Assembly (NCBI RefSeq): GCF_000227745.2
Contig: NC_018012.1
Location: 1,179,478-1,211,477, forward strand
Source: Thiocystis violascens DSM 198
GTDB taxonomy: Bacteria; Pseudomonadota; Gammaproteobacteria; Chromatiales; Chromatiaceae
Direction: 5' to 3'
DNA length: 32,000 nucleotides
The notes below the pieces were generated by a model. The model had not been told where the DNA came from. It did not search any database and was given only the letters and a program-made list of their open reading frames with translations. This document shows positions 16,579 to 25,305 of the stretch, piece after piece; position 1 is the first letter of the stretch; each line of letters opens with the position of its first letter. The position numbers and the translations under genes are program-made.

Positions 16579-19500
16579 ATGGCGCAAGAACACGCAAACG
16601 CCGAGGTCGGGATCGTCGAACGACTCTTGGAACTGGTCCCGGAAGACGGCACGGCCATCGGCAATCCGGCGCTCAGGCAAGCCTTCGAGCAAGCGGCCGC
16701 CGAACTGAACAGCGCGTTTGACGAAGCGGCCTTCGAGCAGGCAAAGCAGGCGTTGCTCGACCAGGGTCTGTTGCTCAAAGGGCGCGGGCGTGGCGGCACG
16801 GTGCGGCGAGCGCCGCCCCAGGACCAGGGTTTCGATCTCAGTCCAACGGCACCGCCGACTCCGGCCCAACCGCCGAAAACCGCCCGGAAGGCATCGCCGC
16901 GCCCGCCGTCGACCGGCACCGATGCCCCCGAGGTCATCAGCTATCGCCATACGGATACCCGCAAGAACAATCCCGAGGTCGGGGTGGTCAGTTCGGCCAA
17001 CGACCCGGCGGCGGGGCCGACGCGCTGGGCCTATGACCCTCACCTCGATCCGGTGTTGCAGTTCGATCTTGGGCGCGCGAAGGTCGAGGCGCTGATCGAC
17101 GAGGCCCTGGCGAGCGACGATCAGGACGCCATGCGCGCGGCGCTGGAGGAATTGCGGCGCGCGTCCGCCCCCTATCTCCACTGGACCGGCAAGGCCGAGC
17201 GGACCAGTTTCGCGGTCGAGACCGTTTCGCTGCATGTCCATGAGCGCATCGATCCCATGAGCATTCTTTCCGCGCTGCGGAAAGAATTGACCGAATGTCG
17301 GGATGACGCATTGGGCAAGTCGTCCGGGAGCGGACAACGGAAGCGGATGGATGCCTGGCGCCAGCCGGACCTGTTCGCCGCCCCTTTCGAGAACCTGCCG
17401 CTACGCGACGCCATCGATTTCTACCGCCACGACAAGGGCTGGTCGAACCGGCTCATCGCCGGCGATTCGCTGCTGGTCATGAACTCGCTGCTCCAGAAGG
17501 AGGGCATGGCCGGGCAGGTGCAGATGATCTACATCGACCCGCCCTATGGCATCAAATACGGCTCCAACTTCCAGCCATTCACCAACCGGCGCGACGTGAA
17601 AGACCGTCAGGATCAGGATCTGACCCAGGAACCCGAGATGATCAAGGCGTTCCGGGATACCTGGGAGTTGGGCATCCATTCCTACCTGACCTATCTGCGG
17701 GATCGGCTGCTGCTGGCGCGGGAACTGCTGGCGGAGTCGGGGAGCGTCTTCGTGCAGATTTCGGATGAGAATCTGCATCATATACGGGAGATCATGGATG
17801 AGGTTTTTGGAGCGAAGAACTTCATTTCAATTATCTCCTTTGCGACTAGCGGCGGCCGTACAGCCGCATTTTTACCGGTAACGTCCAACTACCTGATCTG
17901 GTATGCAAAGGACCAAAGCAAAGCAAAATACAGGCGATTATTTTCGGTTAAGGAGAGAGGGGGAACGGGATCTGGAGAGTTCTCTTGGGTCGAATCTTCA
18001 AGTGGATCCAAGAGACGTTTGACCAGTGCCGAAAGCGCCGACCTTTCACTGCTGCCCGACGACATCGAGTTGTTTATCCCGAGCGATCTGACTTCTTCGC
18101 ACGAGTACGCTTCGCCAGCCTTTTCCTTCCATGGAGAATCGTTCGGTTCAGGCAAGAGATTTTGGTCCACATCCATTACCGGATTGACTCGACTAGCGCG
18201 GACGAACAGGCTGCTAGTGCAGGGTTCAACGCTTCGCTTTAAACGGCTCCTAAAAGACTATCCGTACAAGGAGTTCGACAATTCCTGGGTAGATACCGCA
18301 GCCCGTGGATTTTTCGATTCCAAAGTCTTCGTGGTCCAGACTGGGTTGAGAATACTCGAACGCTGCCTCCTGATGACCACCGACCCCGGCGACCTGATCC
18401 TGGATCCCACCTGCGGCTCCGGCACCTCGGCCTTCGTCGCCGAGAAATGGGGCCGGCGCTGGATCACCTGCGATACCTCCCGCGTGGCGCTGACCCTGGC
18501 CAAGCAACGCCTGCTGACCGCGAGCTTCGACTATTACAGCCTGCGCTATGCCCACGAGGGGTTGAAGGCTGGCTTCATCTACAAGACCGTCCCGCATGTC
18601 ACCCTCAAGTCGATCGCGAACAATCCCGAGATCGACGACATTTTCGAGGCCATGCACCCGGCCATCGACGCGGCGCTGGCGGCGCTGAACGAATCGCGGC
18701 GGACCCTGGATCTTGTCCGCGATGAGTTGAAGGCATGGGAGGTTCCCTTCGACTTCCCCACGGATTGGCCCGAGTCGGCCCGCGCCCCTTTCGACGCCTT
18801 CCATGCCGTGCGTCAGGCCATGCAGCGTCGAATGGATGCGTCCATCGCCGCCCATGCCGATCAGGAAACGCTCTACGATCAGCCCGCGCCGGACAAGCGC
18901 AAGCTGCGGATCACCGGCCCCTTCTCGGTGGAGGCGGTGCCTTTTCCCACCGTGCTTTCGCTGGACGAGGCGCGCCCGCCCGAGGTGGCGGACGCCGCCG
19001 TGGCCCGCTCCGGCGAGTCCGCCCGTCAGCATGAATGGCGCGACGAATTGCTCAAGACCGGGGTGCGTGGCAAGGGCGGTCAGGTGCTGGCTTTCGCCGA
19101 GTTGGAGACCCTGCCGGGGACCCGGCATCTGCACGTCAGCGGCACCCTGGCCGAGACCGGCGAACGCGCCGTCGTGAGCTTCGGACCCGCGCATGCCGCG
19201 CTGGAACAGCGTCAGGTGGAGTTGGCCCTGCGCGAGGCCGGCTCGCTGTTCCCGCTGCCGACCATGATCGTCTTCTGCGCCTTCGAGTTCGACCCGGAAG
19301 CGGCCAAGGACATCGACGCCATCCAGGGCATCACGGCGCTCAAGGCGAAGATGAACGCCGATCTGCTGACCGAGGATCTGAAAAAAGGCCGCGCCAGCAA
19401 TCAGAGTTTCTGGCTCATGGGCCAGCCCGATGTGGAGGTTCGCCAGCGCCCGGATGGCCGCTTCGAGGTCGAGATTCACGGCTTCGACTATTTCGATACC

Positions 19501-19794
19501 AAAAAGGGCGAACTGGTGTCGGGCGGCACGTCTCGGATCGCCCTCTGGCTGCTGGATACCGACTATGACGAGCGCTCGCTCTATCCGCGTCAGGTCTTCT
19601 TTCCGATGGCCGGGGCCAAAGATGGCTGGTACAAACTCAAGAAGAACATCCGCGCGGAGCTGAACGACGCCCTGCTGGAGCAGTATCACGGCACCGTCTC
19701 GCTGCCGTTCGCGGCGGGCGAGAACCGCAAGATCGCGGTTAAGATCGTGGATGATCGCGGGATCGAGTCGTTGAAGGTTGTGCCGTTGGATTGA
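16579..19794 (+). CDS. mod: Type III-like DNA methyltransferase (beta-class N6A/N4C Mod subunit), ~1,072 aa
   Basis: ATG at 16579, preceded by AAGGGAGAAGGAG. Motif IV IYIDPPYG (DPPY = 17536-17547) lies upstream of motif I LDPTCGSGTS (18403-18426), which is the beta permutation. SGSVFVQISDENLHHIREIMDEVFG is also typical. The track ORF start at 16429 reads through repeat B2 and is rejected. Confidence 0.85.
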   Translation: MAQEHANAEVGIVERLLELVPEDGTAIGNPALRQAFEQAAAELNSAFDEAAFEQAKQALLDQGLLLKGRGRGGTVRRAPPQDQGFDLSPTAPPTPAQPPKTARKASPRPPSTGTDAPEVISYRHTDTRKNNPEVGVVSSANDPAAGPTRWAYDPHLDPVLQFDLGRAKVEALIDEALASDDQDAMRAALEELRRASAPYLHWTGKAERTSFAVETVSLHVHERIDPMSILSALRKELTECRDDALGKSSGSGQRKRMDAWRQPDLFAAPFENLPLRDAIDFYRHDKGWSNRLIAGDSLLVMNSLLQKEGMAGQVQMIYIDPPYGIKYGSNFQPFTNRRDVKDRQDQDLTQEPEMIKAFRDTWELGIHSYLTYLRDRLLLARELLAESGSVFVQISDENLHHIREIMDEVFGAKNFISIISFATSGGRTAAFLPVTSNYLIWYAKDQSKAKYRRLFSVKERGGTGSGEFSWVESSSGSKRRLTSAESADLSLLPDDIELFIPSDLTSSHEYASPAFSFHGESFGSGKRFWSTSITGLTRLARTNRLLVQGSTLRFKRLLKDYPYKEFDNSWVDTAARGFFDSKVFVVQTGLRILERCLLMTTDPGDLILDPTCGSGTSAFVAEKWGRRWITCDTSRVALTLAKQRLLTASFDYYSLRYAHEGLKAGFIYKTVPHVTLKSIANNPEIDDIFEAMHPAIDAALAALNESRRTLDLVRDELKAWEVPFDFPTDWPESARAPFDAFHAVRQAMQRRMDASIAAHADQETLYDQPAPDKRKLRITGPFSVEAVPFPTVLSLDEARPPEVADAAVARSGESARQHEWRDELLKTGVRGKGGQVLAFAELETLPGTRHLHVSGTLAETGERAVVSFGPAHAALEQRQVELALREAGSLFPLPTMIVFCAFEFDPEAAKDIDAIQGITALKAKMNADLLTEDLKKGRASNQSFWLMGQPDVEVRQRPDGRFEVEIHGFDYFDTKKGELVSGGTSRIALWLLDTDYDERSLYPRQVFFPMAGAKDGWYKLKKNIRAELNDALLEQYHGTVSLPFAAGENRKIAVKIVDDRGIESLKVVPLD

Positions 19795-19809
19795 CCCATG
19801 TTGGCCTTA

Positions 19810-20004
19810 GAAACTGTCCACAGACGATTTCCCGATTTTCCGTTCGTCCTGAGCTTGTCGAAGGATGAACGGAAAATCGCGCTCCGAGGCTGACATTGAA
19901 GCCGTTCATGGTTCGACCCTTCGACGGGCTCAGGACTCACCACGAACGGATTCAATGTGTCGCCACGACAGATGCACTGGGTATGAGTTTTTTTAGAAAA
20001 CACC
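19810..20004 (+). repeat. MITE-like two-hairpin repeat, copy C
   Basis: Hairpin 1 at 19833-19879, hairpin 2 at 19893-19958. Right end GTATGAGTTTTTTTAGAAAACACC. Flanked by TTA (19807-09) and TTA (20005-07). Confidence 0.8.
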
Positions 20005-20177
20005 TTATCCGAAACGACGAAACTTCACATCCAATCAGGATGAGGAACGGATCATGAACACGGCGTATCTGACTGGAAGACTTCTTTTCGCACTATCAGC
20101 GGATCCCGAAGAACTTTCAGTTCAACCGGGATGAAACGAATGATCGTTGAGTTCGTCGATACCCATCATCCATTCAA

Positions 20178-23000
20178 ATGATCAGCCCCAAATCGCTCAT
20201 CCTCAATTCCCCCTTCGATCCGCCGACCCGGCATTGGGAGCAGTCCGCCGACCGGACGTTGAAGCTCGTCCCGGCGCGCCGTTCGGCGGGCTACGAACTC
20301 TATGACGTGCGCAACAACACCCGTCGCGTCGAGCGACTGGATCTGGTCAACGCGATTCGCGGGCGGGTGGATGACTGGCGCGCCGAAGGCTATCCGGGGG
20401 TGACCAGCGTCACCCGTCGCCTGCTGGAACATTGGCACGACCATTCGGCCCGCCAGCACCCTTTCTATTACTGCCAGTTGGAGGCGATCGAGACCCTGAT
20501 CTGGCTGATCGAAGCCGCGCCGTCCTATCGCCAAGGCATCCACATCCCCGGCGATGGCGGACCCTGGCAGCGGCTGTGCTGCAAGATGGCGACCGGCTCG
20601 GGCAAGACCACGGTCATGGCCATGATCATCGCCTGGCAAGTGCTCAATGCGCTGACCTATCCCAAACGCAACCAGGATTTCGCGCGGGCGATCTTTCTGG
20701 TCGCGCCGGGTCTGACGGTCAAGAACCGGCTGCGGGTGCTGTATCCCAGCGAGCCGGACAACGATTACGACGCCTTTCAAATCTGCCCTTCGGAGGCGCT
20801 GCGCCAGCGACTCAACCAGGCGGAGATCCTGGTCGAGAACTGGCATAGCCTGATGCCGCTCAAGGGTGCGCAACGCTCGGTGGTGCGAAAGGGGCTGGAG
20901 AGCGACGAGGCATTCACGCGGCGGGTGCTGGGCAAGCTGTCGAACTATAAGGATATTCTGATCATCAACGACGAGGCGCACCACGCCTATCGGGTGCCCG
21001 CCGAGGCCAAGATCAGCAAGAAGCAGGCGGCCGAGCAGGGGATCGATCTGGACGAGGCGACCCGCTGGATCGAGGGCCTGGACCGCCTCCACAAGACCCG
21101 CCGTATCCTGCGCTGTTTCGATCTCTCGGCGACCCCGTTCGCGCCGACCGGCAAGGCGAGCACCGAGGCCGGACTGTTCGGCTGGATCGTCTCCGATTTC
21201 GGGCTCAATGACGCCATCGAGGCGGGGTTGGTGAAGACGCCGCGCGTGGTGATCCGCGACGATGCACTGCCCGACGCCAAGACCTATCGCTCCAAGCTCT
21301 ATCACATTTACCGCGATCCGTCGGTCTCGGAGGATTTCAATCCCAAGGCTGAGCCGCACCAGCCGTTGCCCAAGCTGGTGCAGGATGCCTATACCCTGCT
21401 GGGGGCCGACTGGCGGGCGGCGCGCCAGAACTGGCGCGACGCGGGGCATGTCTCGCCGCCGGTGATGCTGACCGTCTGCAATCGCACCGAGACCGCCGCG
21501 CGGATCGAGCGTTATTTCCGCCAGGGCGATGCCCATTGGCCGGAGCTGCACGATCCCAAGCGCCTGCTGCGGGTGGATTCCAGGGTGCTGGAGAAGGCCG
21601 AGATCGGCGAGAACGCGGTGGCGGACAAGGATTACGAGGAAACCCTGACCGGCATCGTCATGGCGGCGGCGATCCCCGAGACGCGCCAGGAGCAACTGCG
21701 GACACTGAAAAAGGAAGACCTGTTGCGCGAGCTCGTCGATAGCGTCGGCAAGCGCGGACGCGCCGGCCAGGATCTCCAGAACGTCATTTCGGTGGCCATG
21801 CTGTCGGAAGGATGGGACGCCAGGAATGTCACCCACATCATGGGATTGCGCGCCTTCACCAGCCAATTGCTCTGCGAGCAGGTCATCGGGCGCGGACTGC
21901 GGCGCGTGGCCCATGACATGGAGGATGTCACGGGCGAGGATGGCGTGACCCGGCGGCTGTTCATGCCCGAGTACGTGAACGTCTTCGGCGTGCCGCTCTC
22001 GATTTTCCAGGATGTCGGGGACGGCGGAGAACCGCCGCCGCCCCCGAAGAGCAGCGTTCAGGTCGAATCGCTACCCGAACGCAATGACCTGGAGATCCGC
22101 TGGCCGAATCTGCTGCGGGTGGAAACGGTGGTCCGGCCGGAGTTGGCGATCGACTGGACGGCGGTCGAGCCGCTGACGCTGAATCCCGCCGAGACCATCA
22201 TCAGCGCCGACATCGCGCCCGCGCTGGGCGGGGCGACCGACCTGAGCAAGGTCCATGTCATCGATCTGGAACAACTGCCCGAGGGATTCCGGTTACAGCG
22301 ACTGACCTTCCTGGCGGCGCGCAAGGCGTTCGCCGAGATGGCGGGATCGTTCCACGGGACCAGCGATTATCTGACCTTGCAGTTGATTCGACTGGTCGAG
22401 CAGTTTTTCGACTCCGACCGCTTGGAGATTCCTTCGCTGTTTCATCGGGAGCCGCTGCGCAAGCGCATCCTGTTCGCGCTGAACATCGATGTCATCGTCC
22501 AGCATCTGCTGCGGCATGTGCGCGAGCAGAACGCCGAACGGCTGGAGCCGGTCTTCGACGAGGAGGCCCCAATCGGCTCGACCCGCGAGATGCGGACCTG
22601 GTACACCACCAAGCCCGTGACGCCGACCACTAAATCGCAGATCAGTCACGCCATTTCCGATAGCACCTGGGAGCATTACACGGCCAATGTCCTGGAAACG
22701 AGCGACGTGGTCAGCGCCTACGCCAAGAACGATCATCTCGGGTTCCAGGTGTTCTATCTCTGGAACGGCAGCCGCCGCCGCTTCGTGCCCGATTATCTGA
22801 TCCGCCTGCGCAATGGCCTGATGCTGATCCTGGAGATCAAGGGTCAGGACAGCGAACAGAACAAGGCGAAGCGGGCGGCGCTGGATGCCTGGGTGCGCAC
22901 GGTCAATGCCAAGGGCGGTTTTGGGAACTGGTGTTGGGATGTGGCGTTCGAGGCGGCAGCGGTGCATGACATCTTGGCAAGACATGCGGGGGAATCCTGA
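20178..23000 (+). CDS. res: Type III-like restriction subunit (SF2 helicase/ATPase + C-terminal PD-(D/E)xK nuclease)
   Basis: Walker A KMATGSGKTT (~20,586-20,612). DEAH-type box IINDEAHHAY. Motif VI QVIGRGLRR. C-terminal FVPDYLIRL..LILEIKGQ, a PD..ExK-like nuclease motif. Sits downstream of mod. Confidence 0.85.
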   Translation: MISPKSLILNSPFDPPTRHWEQSADRTLKLVPARRSAGYELYDVRNNTRRVERLDLVNAIRGRVDDWRAEGYPGVTSVTRRLLEHWHDHSARQHPFYYCQLEAIETLIWLIEAAPSYRQGIHIPGDGGPWQRLCCKMATGSGKTTVMAMIIAWQVLNALTYPKRNQDFARAIFLVAPGLTVKNRLRVLYPSEPDNDYDAFQICPSEALRQRLNQAEILVENWHSLMPLKGAQRSVVRKGLESDEAFTRRVLGKLSNYKDILIINDEAHHAYRVPAEAKISKKQAAEQGIDLDEATRWIEGLDRLHKTRRILRCFDLSATPFAPTGKASTEAGLFGWIVSDFGLNDAIEAGLVKTPRVVIRDDALPDAKTYRSKLYHIYRDPSVSEDFNPKAEPHQPLPKLVQDAYTLLGADWRAARQNWRDAGHVSPPVMLTVCNRTETAARIERYFRQGDAHWPELHDPKRLLRVDSRVLEKAEIGENAVADKDYEETLTGIVMAAAIPETRQEQLRTLKKEDLLRELVDSVGKRGRAGQDLQNVISVAMLSEGWDARNVTHIMGLRAFTSQLLCEQVIGRGLRRVAHDMEDVTGEDGVTRRLFMPEYVNVFGVPLSIFQDVGDGGEPPPPPKSSVQVESLPERNDLEIRWPNLLRVETVVRPELAIDWTAVEPLTLNPAETIISADIAPALGGATDLSKVHVIDLEQLPEGFRLQRLTFLAARKAFAEMAGSFHGTSDYLTLQLIRLVEQFFDSDRLEIPSLFHREPLRKRILFALNIDVIVQHLLRHVREQNAERLEPVFDEEAPIGSTREMRTWYTTKPVTPTTKSQISHAISDSTWEHYTANVLETSDVVSAYAKNDHLGFQVFYLWNGSRRRFVPDYLIRLRNGLMLILEIKGQDSEQNKAKRAALDAWVRTVNAKGGFGNWCWDVAFEAAAVHDILARHAGES

Positions 23001-23071
23001 GAGAACTCGCCTTGAAGGACGGGAGAACGCCGAGACTAAGGTGATTTCCGGAAAAGGACGTACCACTGTAG

Positions 23072-24285
23072 TACCTCATTCCTCCTTAAGTTGCGGATAT
23101 AGGCGTTTGAGCTTGATGCGTGCATTGTCGGTCGTGAACTGCCAGTCGACAACAGCCCCGGAAGCATTGCGGCGATCCTCCCAAGCCTTGGCCTCGCTGC
23201 GCAGGGTGTCGATGTTGTCGATGCGCCGATCGAGACACTGCTTGGTGAAGACGCTGAGCTCGATCTCGGCGATGTCGAGCCAGCTGCCGTGTTTGGGGGT
23301 GTAGTGGATCTCCAGGCGGTCCAAGAGTCGACGCGCCTCCTGCGGCGGAAAGGCTTTGTACAGCGACGCCGGCGCATGGGTGTTGAGATTGTCCCAAACC
23401 AGAACGACCTTTTCAGCCTTAGGGTAATCGACGTCCAGCAGCTCCTTGAGCTCATTGGCGAGATCAAGCGCGGTCTTGGTGGCGCGGACGCTGACCTTGC
23501 GCCAGCCAGCCAGTGGCTCGACGATCATGAAGTTGTTGGCGGTGCCGATGCGTTCGTATTCGTAGTCGTAGCGTTGTGCTTGGCCGGGTTGCAGCGGAAT
23601 CGGCGTGCGGGTTTCGCCGATCAGCTGTGTCGGCTGCTCGTCGAGGCAGATCACCGGGCGCTGCGGATCATCGGGACGGCGATAGACCTCCAGAACGTCT
23701 TCCATGCAGGCCACGAACTCGGCATTGTGCTCGGGCGGAATCACCCAGCACGTGCGCAGGTGCGGTTTCAGAACGTTTTTTTGAGCGTACGCATGACGGT
23801 TTGCGGCGAGATCGTCTCCACGACCTGCAACTCGACGAGGCTTTCGGCCAAGAGCGTGAGGGTCCAGCGTGCCTGTCCTTCAGGCGGTGCGGAGCAGGCG
23901 AGGCGCACCAGTTGTGCCTCGCCGTCCCCGTCCAGAAGTCGTTCACGCGGCGGGTGCTCGCGCTTCTTGCGCTCCAGCGCCGCCTCCAAGCCGGCCTCGA
24001 CAAAGCGTTGTCGGATGCTGAAGACCGTGCGCGCGCTGCAGTCGAAGGCGTCTGCGGCTTGCGCATCGCTCCAACCGGGCCCACCGGCATCGAGCTTGAG
24101 CAGGACGTTCGCATGTTTGATCTTTCGGGCCGCTGCCTTGCCTTTGCCGATCACCTCCGTCAGTGCCGTTCGCTCCTCCTCGGTGAGCCGCACAACATAC
24201 TTGACCATAGGGAGTCTCTCTTGATAACCAGCCTTAAGAAATACTCCTACGATCATATCTGCGCAAGATTAAGCGGAAAGAGGTA
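23072..24285 (-). mobile_element. IS630-family insertion sequence
   Basis: Imperfect ~30-bp terminal inverted repeats (TACCTCATTCCTCCTTAAGTTGCGGATAT.. on the left; the reverse complement of the right end is TACCTCTTTCCGCTTAATCTTGCGCAGATAT..). The terminal TA dinucleotides fit the TA target duplication of IS630/Tc1-mariner elements. Carries a two-frame transposase. Confidence 0.85.
23076..24208 (-). CDS. IS630-family transposase, two frames joined by a -1 shift at an A7 run
   Basis: orfA, 23768..24208: HTH domains, MVKYVVRLTEEERTAL.., ending ..TLKKTF*. orfB frame continues KKNVLKPHLRTCWVIPPEH.. to 23076, with the DDE region (VICLDEQ, VLVWDNLNTH, WLDIAEIELSVF). The frames meet at the T7 run on the + strand, 23776-23782. 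Confidence 0.8.
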
Positions 24286-24367
24286 GTAGGGGCGAATTCA
24301 TTCGCCACGTTGGGTGCGCAGATAGAGGGGATGTCGCGGATGTCTGGGCGAATGAATTCGCCCCTAC
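24286..24367. repeat. REP-like doublet (GTAGGGGCGAATTCATTCGCC / GGCGAATGAATTCGCCCCTAC), copy 2
   Basis: Perfect 21-bp arms at 24286-24306 and 24347-24367. The spacer is related to that of the copy at 16129-16216. It abuts the IS630 right end. Confidence 0.9.
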
Positions 24368-24473
24368 AAAACTTGCAACCATTCTGAGTTGGGAGACTCA
24401 TTTCCGGAAATCGCCTGAAATTCTCGCCACCTCCAGAGCGCGTTCTATCAGGAGAAAAGCGAGGCCGAGCGAA

Positions 24474-25157
24474 TCAGCGTTTCAGCCCCGAGAAGACGGC
24501 GAAACGGCCCTCTTGGTACCAACACTTGACCTCGCCGAAACCCGCCTCCCGCAGCCACGCCAATTGAGCGTCGAGCGTCGCCGACTGGTCTTCCCGCATC
24601 CGTTCCAGGGCCGCCGTTAAATCGACCTCGGAAATGCCCGCCCGACGGACCTGTTCCATCCAGGTGTCGCGATAACTTTTCTCGATGTCGGGCGTGGCGC
24701 CAAGTATTTGATCCGCGTTCATGAACATGCCGCCAGTGGGGAGCAGGGTATAAACGCGCTGAAATAAGGTTTGTTTGCAGGCATCGGTCAGATGGTGAAT
24801 GGAGAGCGCGGACACCACCACGTCATACTGTCCGGCGAGCGACTCGGAATAATCCGCCGCCACGAACGTAAACCGTTCGGGCGCCGACGCAAACCGCGCC
24901 TGAGCCTGGGCGAGCATCGCCTCGGAGAGATCCAGAAGCGTGAACCGTGCCTGCGTGAAGCGCTCCGAAATGAGCCAGGACAGCAGCCCAGTGCCCGCCC
25001 CCAGATCCAGCACGCGAAACGCATCCCGAGGCTGGAAGCGAAGACAGGCGACGGCCGCCCCATAAAAGTCATCGAAGCCGGGGACCAGTTGTCGCCGGGC
25101 CTGATCGTAGGTGTTGGCCGAGCGATCGAAGCCGTTTTTGATTGCGGTCGTGTCCAT
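24474..25157 (-). CDS. class I SAM-dependent methyltransferase (small-molecule/RNA type, not an obvious DNA MTase)
   Basis: Motif I VLDLGAGTGLLS, motif II LLDLSEAML, post-I DVVVSALSIHHL, LLPTGGMF. No (D/N)PP(Y/F) motif. Confidence 0.8.
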   Translation of the reverse strand: MDTTAIKNGFDRSANTYDQARRQLVPGFDDFYGAAVACLRFQPRDAFRVLDLGAGTGLLSWLISERFTQARFTLLDLSEAMLAQAQARFASAPERFTFVAADYSESLAGQYDVVVSALSIHHLTDACKQTLFQRVYTLLPTGGMFMNADQILGATPDIEKSYRDTWMEQVRRAGISEVDLTAALERMREDQSATLDAQLAWLREAGFGEVKCWYQEGRFAVFSGLKR

Positions 25158-25221
25158 CGTTGAATCCTATGTCGATTCTGCTGTGCCGAGTCTGATTTGA
25201 AGGCGATGAAGTGTCGCAGGT

Positions 25222-25305
25222 CACTGCCATTCAGTTAAGCCGTTCGTGGTGAGTCCTGAGCCCGTCGAAGGGTCGAACCATGAACGGCTTAACTGAATGG
25301 CAGTG
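25222..25305. repeat. 84-bp single-hairpin member of the repeat family (copy D), flanked by an 11-bp direct repeat
   Basis: Arms CACTGCCATTCAGTTAAGCCGTTCGTGG (25222-25249) and CCATGAACGGCTTAACTGAATGGCAGTG (25278-25305). Flanked directly by GTGTCGCAGGT at 25211-25221 and 25306-25316. Confidence 0.85.

Noticed and set aside
18250-19689. 479-aa ORF on the - strand, opposite mod. The same applies to 20166..21914(-) opposite res, 8100..8933(-) and 9009..9641(-) opposite the ATPase, 26072..27163(-) opposite dusB, 28137..29297(-) opposite purH, and 16213..17337(-).
   Set aside because: All are antisense or out-of-frame shadows of well-supported genes. None has a recognisable motif, and a GC-rich genome is expected to produce long stop-free shadow frames.
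16579-23000. BREX, DISARM or Type I R-M as the identity of the large methyltransferase/helicase pair
   Set aside because: There are no pglZ/brxC/brxL-like, drmA/drmB/DUF1998-like or hsdS-like genes nearby. The MTase has the DPPY-before-motif-I beta permutation and is directly paired with a helicase-nuclease, which fits a Type III-like system better.
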